64,000 bases of DNA from a virus (lineage: Duplodnaviria > Caudoviricetes): the IMG/VR virus record IMGVR_UViG_3300033463_000015. The stretch is one strand, 5' to 3'. The notes beneath the pieces were generated by a model, which worked only from the letters and a program-made list of their open reading frames with translations, did not search any database and had not been told where the DNA came from. Position numbers and translations under genes: made by a program. Below, piece after piece: positions 55,227 to 64,000 of this stretch (position 1 is its first letter; each line of letters begins with the position of its first letter).

Positions 55227-57602
55227 ATGAGTAAAGAAGACTTTTCATGGCTAAGTTAGGGCAGATATATTTTTTTTAGTAGCTTATATAATAAAAATAG
55301 AGAAATTTATGATATAGGTCAATCACGTTTAAGTAATTTTAAAACTAATCATACGTTAAATTCAAACGATACAAATGGTGACGAATATGAAAATTTTACG
55401 CAACAAATTGATGCGTATCTTAATATGCTACAATCTTGGCACTAGATGCTGTTAAATTCAGAAAGAATGTTTTTAAAATCTAATTTAAGTATTCTAAAAG
55501 AAAACAATTAGTTTAATAATATTACAAGTATCTTAGAAAAAATGCAAGATGGGACTTCTATTACTGAAGATGATTATAGCAATATTATTGCTTTTATAAA
55601 CTTTATTCAAAATCACGGAGACTTAACTACCATGCAAGAAAATATTAAAACTTCTTTAAATAATATCTCCCATTTAAATAAAAATTTCTTATCTTTAACA
55701 AAAGAAGAAAAATAGAGTGTTATTCATAATTATATTACGTCTCCTAAAAATTATAATATAAATGCTGGAAAACTAATGCGTACTATTCGTATAGATGATA
55801 CTTTTATTAGTGCTTATATTAAATCAAATAGCCAATATTATGCAGAACGTGTTAATAAATTATTATCATCTTTAAGTGATTCAGAATAGTTTAAACAATT
55901 AGTGTATCGACAGTACGAAAAATATAAAAATGATAAAACTATTACTGTTGTAGGCTCTAATTTAACTAAATTAATTTTAAATATTGTTAGTGATACTATT
56001 ACAAAAGATCAAGGTCATCATAAAGGTGAACATACGAATAAATTAACAGAATTAGTAATACAAAGACTAGAAGACGCATTAAAAATTACTAATTTACATA
56101 AAGATATTATTACTCCTGCAAGTGGCGCTTTTACTCATGGAGGGAAACGTGAGTCTTTTGAAGAAATCGCAATGCTACATGTTAGAGAAAATTTAAGTCA
56201 ATTATTAGAAACTGCAACGAATGCTGAACAAATAATAAATAAATATGATAAAAATCAAGAGTTATTAAACAAATGGAAAAATTTAAAAAGATTAATTGCT
56301 CAAGGAACTGCAAAGGAGGAAACAATTGCTAAAAAAAGAAGAGAATTTAATGCAAGTTTACGAGAAAATATCAAAAATGCTTTTTCTAATAGAGAAGTTA
56401 ATGGTCAAATTTATAGTGAATTAACAGAAAATACAGATAAAATAAAATTTTTTTCTAATAGACAAATACAAAAAACTTTATCTTTCATGGAGAACCCTTT
56501 AGAGGCTATATTGCCTGAATTTGCTAATGGATGTAAATTAACTATTAGTAAAAACACTATGGCTGAGTTATTGGCGGCTAACCATATTGAAGAAAATATT
56601 CCAGGAATGATTACTGGTAAACTACCTGGTAGTTTAAATATGAAAGATGACGTTACTTTTATTTTAGATACTCAAACAGATATTTAGACCTTATTAGAAA
56701 AAGAAACTGAAGCTTCTATAAAACCCTTAATTACAGATATAAATAATACAATAAATTAGTATCTTGAACAAACGTTAGGTAATTTTGTTAAACATTATCA
56801 TGATGCAGGCGGCGGTGCTACAGACGTAGAATTAGCAGAAAAAACATATATAGAAGATATGAAGACGTTAATTGACCTTATTGAAAAATATTTATCTGAC
56901 ATCAATGCAGATGAAGATATTAGAGCAGCTGTATTAAATAAATTAAATAATACGTTAGTTGGCGGTATTAGTGTTAAAGATTATTCATTATATAATAATG
57001 AAATCGGATACCATGGCGGTTCTTTAGGCGGCAGCGGAGCTCCTGAAGCCGTTGTAAATAATATTACAAAAATGTACGAACTTGGCGGAATATCTCCATA
57101 TGATAAAGATGCTTTATTATTTGCAATTTTAAATTGTGCCCCTAGTGCTATCGGATCTCATTTAAAAGATTCATTAGAAGCATATTTACTAGGAGGCGCA
57201 GCAATGATCATGTTTGATGAAGGATTTTCAATAGGTAAAAAATATTTATAGGATATGAAAGAACAGGTAAATATAGAAAATTTTAGTGGCCCAAAAACTC
57301 TGGGATTATATTATTTAAATTTAACATATGTACCATCTTCTTATATTCTATATAATATTTATCAAAGCTTATTACAATTTTATCATAAGTTACCATCAGA
57401 TATTCATACTGTAAAAGTACGTAATCGTGTAGTAATTAATAATAACGCTTCAGAAAGTTTAATTCCTGATTCAGGGTCGTTACCAGAAAGATTCAAAGCC
57501 GCTGCTACCGCGGCAGAGAAACAAATTACTATTCAATTCTTATTTATGGCCGGAATGTTAGATATTCTTAATAATTTATAGAATAGTTTTAATATAAAAT
57601 AA
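55227..57602 (+). CDS. Large hypothetical protein (~791 aa)
   Basis: ORFs 55902, 56859 and 57255 in frame with ATG 55227, joined by TAG; TAA 57600. Confidence 0.7.
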
Positions 57603-57660
57603 TATTTTCTACTTTTCTCTACATATATATCGGGGATAAGCCCCACGGAGGTGAAATCTT

Positions 57661-58098
57661 ATGAATGAGAATGAAATTCTCAACTGGCTATCTTCCAATA
57701 TAGTACAAGTAATTATTATTCTATCCATTTTCATCCAAATATCCCCGATAAAATGGAACCCAATTACTTCTCTCTTCAACTGGTTAGGGAAAATTATTAC
57801 GAAAGATGTATCTAAACAAGTTGAAGATATGAATAAAACTATTGACGATATCCAAAAACAAATTTATACAAATGAAAAAGACCGCATCCGTTGGGAGGTC
57901 CTTGATTTTGCTAGATCTTGTCGCAATGGACAAGAACATACATTTGACGAATTTCGTCATATTATCAAACTAAATGATAAATATGAGGATCTACTTGCAA
58001 AAACTAAAGAAAAGAATGGTGTATTTAAGCTGGAAATAGAGTACATTAATGATCTTTTCGATAAATATAAAAAGGAGAACAAAATCTCCGAAGAATAA
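57661..58098 (+). CDS. Membrane protein, holin-associated family
   Basis: TM helix, IQISPIKWNP, RIRWEVLDFA. Confidence 0.65.
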   Translation: MNENEILNWLSSNIVQVIIILSIFIQISPIKWNPITSLFNWLGKIITKDVSKQVEDMNKTIDDIQKQIYTNEKDRIRWEVLDFARSCRNGQEHTFDEFRHIIKLNDKYEDLLAKTKEKNGVFKLEIEYINDLFDKYKKENKISEE

Positions 58099-58116
58099 TA
58101 TAAAGGAGTGATTCAT

Positions 58117-58371
58117 ATGAATTTTAAGAAATGGTTAATCGCAGCCGGTATTCGTGCAATTAAGACCGTAGCACAAACTGCTATTGCTACTATCGGCACT
58201 ACCGCAGTTCTAGATCAGGTTAATTGGGTAATGGTAGCTTCCGCTTCTGCTTTAGCAGGTATTTTAAGTCTTCTAACTAGCATTGGCGGCTTACCTGAAT
58301 TAGAGCTAGAAAAGAAACTTGAAGAGGTTAAGGAAGAACCTGAAGAGGTTAAGGAAGAACCTGAAGCCTAA
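58117..58371 (+). CDS. Holin (r1t-type)
   Basis: AAGIRAIKTVAQTAIATIG...SLLTSIGGLPE. Confidence 0.85.
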   Translation: MNFKKWLIAAGIRAIKTVAQTAIATIGTTAVLDQVNWVMVASASALAGILSLLTSIGGLPELELEKKLEEVKEEPEEVKEEPEA

Positions 58372-58430
58372 TATTTGCCTTTTTTCATATTTTATGCTAT
58401 AATAAATTATATGAAGAAAGGAGAAAAATT

Positions 58431-58928
58431 ATGGATAGACGAAGCAAAGAGCGAGTAATTCCACTGGAAATTTACACTGACGGTTCTTGTAAGAAAATAG
58501 CTAATAAGAATTTTGGTGGATGGGCTTACATCGCTGTTGAAGATAGTCAGCAAGTCTATTATAAAACTGGCGGAGAACTTGATACAACCAATCAACGAAT
58601 GGAACTTCAAGCTATCCGCCAGGCTCTCATTTATGCGGCAGAACATCGTAAAGAAAGTCAAGCTGTAATTATTTACAGTGATTCAGCATACGCTATCAAT
58701 TGCTATTCGCAGCGCTGGTATGAAAATTGGCGGCGAAATGGTTGGCGCAATGCGGCTAAAAAAGAAGTCGCCAATCAAGATCTATGGATTGATATTATTC
58801 CATATTTTGAAAATGTGTGGTTCTACTTCAAAAAAGTAGAAGGGCACAATGGCGTTTTCTGGAATGAAAAATGCGATGAACTAGCGCAAAACGAAGCACA
58901 AGAACTAAAAATAAATTGGCGAGGATAA
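58431..58928 (+). CDS. rnhA: Ribonuclease HI
   Basis: IYTDGS, TTNQRMEL, SDSAY, NQDLW, KVEGH and NEKCDELA. Confidence 0.9.
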   Translation: MDRRSKERVIPLEIYTDGSCKKIANKNFGGWAYIAVEDSQQVYYKTGGELDTTNQRMELQAIRQALIYAAEHRKESQAVIIYSDSAYAINCYSQRWYENWRRNGWRNAAKKEVANQDLWIDIIPYFENVWFYFKKVEGHNGVFWNEKCDELAQNEAQELKINWRG

Positions 58929-58931
58929 GAT

Positions 58932-59252
58932 ATGAGAGAAGAATTATATAGTGTAACCCGGGATGAGTATGTAGGTTTTGTCAAGTAGCTTATCCCGCAA
59001 AATATGCACACAGAGCATATTGAAAATGATGATGAAACAGCAAGTCTTAAAATTTATGCTAATCGAGATGGTATGCTAATCGCCGAGCAATATCTAAATG
59101 CAGATGGCATTTATGAATATTATGTTTATAATATGCCAGCCAATGAAGATAGACGTGCAGCAAAACCCGTTCAAAAAATTGTTCTTGAAACACAAGAAGA
59201 AGTTCAAACATTTTTTAATATTCTACAAAAGGCGATAGGTAAAAAGAAATGA
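58932..59252 (+). CDS. Hypothetical protein
   Basis: ATG 58932 joins ORF 59004 via TAG. Confidence 0.65.
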
Positions 59253-59467
59253 CTGAATTATTTACAGATATTTCAGATTTTGATAAACATATTACAAGAC
59301 TTGCTATTGATACTGCATTTATGCTAAATGATGTTCCAAAAACTATCAAGCGCATTGAAGAATATAGAGCAGCATGTTCCCCTGCTGTATAGGAGTTTGT
59401 AGATTTTTATGTACAACTCAAATTGGAGGAAATGAAGAATGAAGAAGATAATTCTAATTAGCGGTAA
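59249..59467 (+). CDS. Hypothetical protein
   Basis: Fills operon gap in code 15; overlaps both neighbours. Confidence 0.5.
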
Positions 59468-59999
59468 AAGTGGATCCGGCAAGGATACATTTGCAAAATT
59501 TTTACAGGAAGTATTAGAGGCAGATGGCCAGCGTATTTTAGTTATTCATTTTGCCGATATGGTAAAAGAATATGCCAAGCTATATTATAAATGGAATGGC
59601 GAAAAGGATATTAGCGGCCGCCAGCTACTTCAACAGATGGGCACGAATGAAGTGCGCTCTGTGTTTAAAAACTATTGGGCTGATTTGGTAGCGCAATTCA
59701 TTAAAGCAACAGAGAACGATTGGGATTACGCTTTAATTCCAGACCTTCGTTTCTTAAATGAATTAAAAAGAGTAAAGAAGTTTAATAAAGGTAAGTGCGT
59801 ATCTGTTGGTATTCGCCGTTACACAGATGATGGCGAAATATGGGAAAATCCATTGCTAACAGAAGAACAGCGTAATCATCCTTCAGAAGTTGATCTAGAT
59901 GATTATTGTCTTGATTGGTATGTCGATAATATTGGCCCATTCGCTGGTATGAAAGATTCAGCTATTGAATTTTTAGAGAAGATAGGAGAAAGAGAATGA
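59439..59999 (+). CDS. Deoxynucleoside monophosphate kinase-like
   Basis: ISGKSGSGKDT, FAD, RQLLQQMGT, DLRFLNE and HPSE. Confidence 0.8.
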   Translation: MKKIILISGKSGSGKDTFAKFLQEVLEADGQRILVIHFADMVKEYAKLYYKWNGEKDISGRQLLQQMGTNEVRSVFKNYWADLVAQFIKATENDWDYALIPDLRFLNELKRVKKFNKGKCVSVGIRRYTDDGEIWENPLLTEEQRNHPSEVDLDDYCLDWYVDNIGPFAGMKDSAIEFLEKIGERE

Positions 60000-61120
60000 C
60001 AAATTGGTTTGAACTTGGAGTAATGAAGTATTGGGCTCCAACTAGCGCTATGTCTCCTGAAGTGCGGCAACAGCATCTTGAAGATATGGCGGCTAGTGGT
60101 AAATATCTATGGAGCGAGAAGTTTGATGGCAATTTTAGTCGTGCGGTTATTACGCCAGACAGAAATGCGCTTCAAACTCGTGGTATTAGTAAAGTTACTG
60201 GAACTTATTCAGAGCTGCAAGATAAAGTATTTTTCTGGGATAATGTATTAAACGCCTTCCAAAATACAACTGTAATCCTTGGAGAAATATATTTACCCGG
60301 CGGCATTGATAAGGATGTTGGTAGCATTACTAGATGTCTAGTTGATAAGGCTCGCGCTCGTCAAAAGGACGTAAAGCTGGAATGGCGCATCTTTGATGTG
60401 CTGGCGCTAGATGGCGAAGAGTTTCTAGACAAACCTATTGAATATCGTGTTCAGTTTATTCCTGATGTTGTAAAACGTATTAATTCTCCACTTGTAAAAG
60501 GCATTACTTATCATCAAATGGATGAAACATTCTTTGATGAAATTCTAAAAATTTTTGAACGCGGCGGTGAAGGAGCTGTATGCTATAAGAAAGGCATCCT
60601 ATATACCCCCGATAAGCGTTCAAGTGCTTGGACTACTTGTAAGGTAAAACAAGAAATTTCATCTGATATTGATTGCTTCATTACAGATGTTGAAAAGCCA
60701 ACTAAACTTTATACTGGTAAGGAACTTACTTCTTGGCCATTCTGGGAAGAAGCTAGAACGAGTAAACTAGTATATGGTGAATATTTTGGTGAATATAGAA
60801 CCGGCGGCGCTTACACTCCAGTTACTAAAAATTATTATTATAATTATCCCGGAGCTATTTATGTAAGCGTTTTTAACCGTAAAGGTGACCCAATTCAGCT
60901 CTGTAAAGTAGCTGGCCTAACAGATGAACTTAAAGCAGAACTACGAGATAATTTTGAAAATTGGTATATGTGCCCGCTAACTATTGGTGGTATGATGGTT
61001 TCAACCGCAAATGCCGCTAAAGATGGCACTGGTATTTCCATTCGTCATCCTTATATTAAACGTATTCGTAAGGATGATTTGAACCCGGAAGATTGTACTC
61101 TTGAAAAAATTATTTCTTAA
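59996..61120 (+). CDS. ATP-dependent DNA ligase
   Basis: SEKFDG, LGEIY, IFDVL, EGAV, KVK and IRHP. Confidence 0.8.
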   Translation: MTNWFELGVMKYWAPTSAMSPEVRQQHLEDMAASGKYLWSEKFDGNFSRAVITPDRNALQTRGISKVTGTYSELQDKVFFWDNVLNAFQNTTVILGEIYLPGGIDKDVGSITRCLVDKARARQKDVKLEWRIFDVLALDGEEFLDKPIEYRVQFIPDVVKRINSPLVKGITYHQMDETFFDEILKIFERGGEGAVCYKKGILYTPDKRSSAWTTCKVKQEISSDIDCFITDVEKPTKLYTGKELTSWPFWEEARTSKLVYGEYFGEYRTGGAYTPVTKNYYYNYPGAIYVSVFNRKGDPIQLCKVAGLTDELKAELRDNFENWYMCPLTIGGMMVSTANAAKDGTGISIRHPYIKRIRKDDLNPEDCTLEKIIS

Positions 61121-61161
61121 TTATTATAAAACTGTCTCATTGAGATGGGAGGAGGGCAAAT

Positions 61162-61770
61162 ATGGACCCAGATTTCAATTTCCTAGTCCAAGATGATACA
61201 TCTGGATTAGACCCTGTAATGTATCAGTATTATCATCAAATGAATGATAATCGAACCCTTATTCTCAATACAGAAATTGATGAACGTATTGTAGAGATGA
61301 TTTATCTACCAATGAGAGATTGGGAAAATGACAGTGATACGCGCCCTGTGACGCTTATATTAAATTCACAAGGAGGTTGTGTATCAGACGGATTTTTCCT
61401 CGCTTAGTATATTAGCCAGTATAAGAAGCCGCTACATATTATTGTTCCTGGTTATGCTGCGTCTATGGCGGCTGTAATTCTAGCTGGCGGCGGCAATAAC
61501 GAAAATGTAACTCGTTTCTGCTTCCCAAGCACTTATGCGTTAATTCACGATGGATATGTGGCATTAAGCGCCAGTGAGGCTAAAACCGCTAATGATATTA
61601 TGGCTTTTAATAACAAGGTAGATGAAGACATTCGTAAATTCATCATTGATAATACTAACATTACCGCAGAAGAATATGATACCCACGCTAGGCACCAATG
61701 GTTTTTATCCGCTGATGAGATGAAGAAGTATAATCTCGTGGATAAAATTTATGGTGTTGATGCTGAATGA
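61162..61770 (+). CDS. clpP: ClpP-family protease subunit
   Basis: LNSQGG, AASMAA (catalytic Ser), LIHD and WFLSADE; TAG at codon 82. Confidence 0.8.
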
Positions 61771-63005
61771 ATATAAACTTTTTAGATACTTCTGCGGTGC
61801 TCAATGGGGCTTATAAGAGATTTGAAAACGTATATATTAGTCCTATTGTATTAATGGAACTTGAAAATATAAAAACTTCACAAAAAGATGAGAAAACTAA
61901 GTATCTCGCACGGCAAGCTGTGCGAGATCTTATTACATCAAAAGATATACATTTTATTACTGCTGATATTAATTGTAAAAAGAAATTTAAAAAATATCCA
62001 TTTTTACAAGATATACACGATCATTGGCTAATAGCAGAGGCCGCGGCATTAAAGAATCATAAAGATGAAGTATTTTTTATGACCGCCGATGGCGCTTAGT
62101 TTTTGATTGCTAAATAGGTGCCGGAAATACAAGCTATTTATTTAGGAGAAATTGAACAACCACATATTGAGCATACTGAATATTGTGGATGGGGAAAATA
62201 TTATCCAACTACTTAGCAAATGGCGCAACTATATTAGTGCCCAACAATGAATACATTAAAATGTCCAACAAATTCTTTTGCTGAAATTTTTGTAGGAGAA
62301 GAATTAAAAGATGTATTATTCTGGAACGGACACGAATACACACCATTAAATTGTAAAGATATTAAAAATGTATATACTGGCGAAGTAATTAAACCTAGGA
62401 ATTTAGAGCAAAAAATGGCAATACATTTGCTACAAAACCAAGACATAAAAGTAAAGCTACTTACTTCTGCTTGGGGTAGCGGTAAAACATTATTGGCTTT
62501 AAATTACGCATTAGAACAAGTAGCCCGCGGCCGCTAGCCTAAAATTACTTTTATTCGTAATAATATTATTGTTGCTGATACAAAGGACATTGGCTTTGTG
62601 CCAGGAGATGTGCGGCAAAAGATGAGTATGTGGGGTGGAGTAATAGCTGACCATTTAGGCGGTCAAATGATGCTGGACCAACTTATTGATGATGGCATTA
62701 TTGAAATATTCCCTATTTCTCATATTAGAGGTCGTTCTATAAAAGGTATCATCTTTTGTGATGAATGTGAAAATTTAAATGATAAATTAGTAACATTATT
62801 ACTTAGCCGCGTTGAAGATGGCGGCGAAATTATATTCTGTGGCGATGTTGCACAAATTGATAGCCCACGATTTGAATAGAATAATGGTATTAGAGCTATG
62901 CTAGATAATTTAGTCGGCGACCCATTATTTGGAACTGTAAAATTATTAAAATCAGAGCGTGGCCCAATTCCACAATTGTGCGATAAAATTATTCCGCCAA
63001 GATAA
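61767..63005 (+). CDS. phoH: PIN-PhoH ATPase
   Basis: FLDTS PIN start, GSGKT, IGFVPG, IRGRS, DECEN and GDVAQID; joined across TAG. Confidence 0.85.
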
Positions 63006-63063
63006 CTAAATGGGGTAAGTCTAATGACTTACCCCGCATATTTTCGTTTATAGGAGAGATTAT

Positions 63064-63738
63064 ATGAAAGTATTAGTAGCTTGCGAAGAGTCTTAGAGAA
63101 TAACTATTGAAATGCGTAAATTAGGAAATGAATGTTATTCTTGTGATATTGATGAGCCATCTGGCGAGCATCCTGAATGGCATATACTTGGAGATGTACT
63201 GCCATATATAAATGGTAATTGTACTTTTAAAACTATGGATGGCACCGAGCATACCATATACGGTCAGTGGGATTTACTTATTGCCCACCCGCCCTGTACT
63301 TATCTCACAGTATCTGGTAATAGATGGTTCAATGTAGAAAAGTATGGTGAAAAAGCATTAGAGAGAATTAAACAGCGCGAAGATGCTGTAGAATTTTTTC
63401 TTAAATTTATTAACGCTAAGTGTGACCGCATATGTGTCGAGAATCCAGTAGGATATATGAATACACATTATCGCAAACCGGATCAAATTATTCAACCATT
63501 CTGGTTTGGTGATCCAGAGCGCAAAACTACTTGCTTGTGGCTAAAAAATTTACCCGCGCTAAAACCAACTGATATGGTAGACCCAGATATTACAGATAGT
63601 TCTACTGGCCATAGCGGCTATAGTTCTTGGCATATGGATATGCAATTTATTGGTAAGTCTAAAAAAGAAAGAAGTAAATGGCGCAGTAAAACATTCCCGG
63701 GAATAGCAAAAGCTATCGCAGAATAGTGGGGACAATAA
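63064..63738 (+). CDS. DNA cytosine methyltransferase-like protein
   Basis: MKVLVACEES(Q), IAHPPCTYL, VENP and RSKTFPGIA.A.AE(Q)WG. Confidence 0.8.
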
Positions 63739-63795
63739 TATTTGACAAGATTGGAAAATTATGTTATAATAAAGAAAAAACGAGGTATTTTTAAT

Positions 63796-64000
63796 ATGGA
63801 ACAAAATAAGCCACTCGGTTATCTCGGCGGCGATATTATGACTTTTGGTTCTAATTTAGCGCGCCAGTATGAGTATGATAAGTTTAAAGAAGCGGGTATC
63901 CCCGGTTCTGTATATAGTCCTGTAATGAACAAGTCTATTAATGACAAATCTAATATGACAGAAGAAGAAAATAATCATCTAGCAGAAAAGATTTGTGAAG
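63796..64000 (+). CDS. Nucleoside 2-deoxyribosyltransferase-like protein, 3'-truncated
   Basis: YLGG...VYSP..NKSINDK. Confidence 0.5.
   Translation, partial: MEQNKPLGYLGGDIMTFGSNLARQYEYDKFKEAGIPGSVYSPVMNKSINDKSNMTEEENNHLAEKICE

Noticed and set aside
4722-63804. Minus-strand ORFs in the supplied track
   Set aside because: Shadows of + strand genes or RNA genes; no recognisable motifs

Overview
This is a 64-kb, AT-rich segment of a large dsDNA phage genome, with essentially all genes on the + strand. The host is probably Bacillota/Clostridia (inference). The phage reads TAG as Gln (translation table 15): the fragmented ORFs in the supplied track join in-frame across TAG into full-length genes ending in TAA/TGA. 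Bases 1-33.8 kb form a virion tail/fibre/adhesin module. Bases 34.2-50.2 kb hold an RNA-gene array: 27 tRNAs, tmRNA, two aberrant tRNA-like RNAs, several large structured RNAs including a ROOL-like one, two glycosyl/phosphotransferases and two PD-(D/E)XK endonucleases. Bases 50-64 kb encode a kinase, phosphoesterase and RNA ligase (RNA repair set), a glycosylase, holins, RNase H, dNMP kinase, DNA ligase, ClpP, PhoH and a methyltransferase. Four tRNAs are interrupted. Two carry group I introns: Leu-UAA and the only amber (CUA) suppressor in the window. Two carry related non-ribozyme inserts sharing TGAAAATC...GATTTT(C/T)A ends: a 57-nt miniature tRNA nested in the tRNA-Pro anticodon loop, and a 485-nt endonuclease-coding insert in tRNA-Thr. 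A stand-alone mimic of the 23S rRNA L11-binding GTPase centre, with a covaried base triple, lies directly after the suppressor tRNA. All coordinates and family calls were made by eye, with no database searches.
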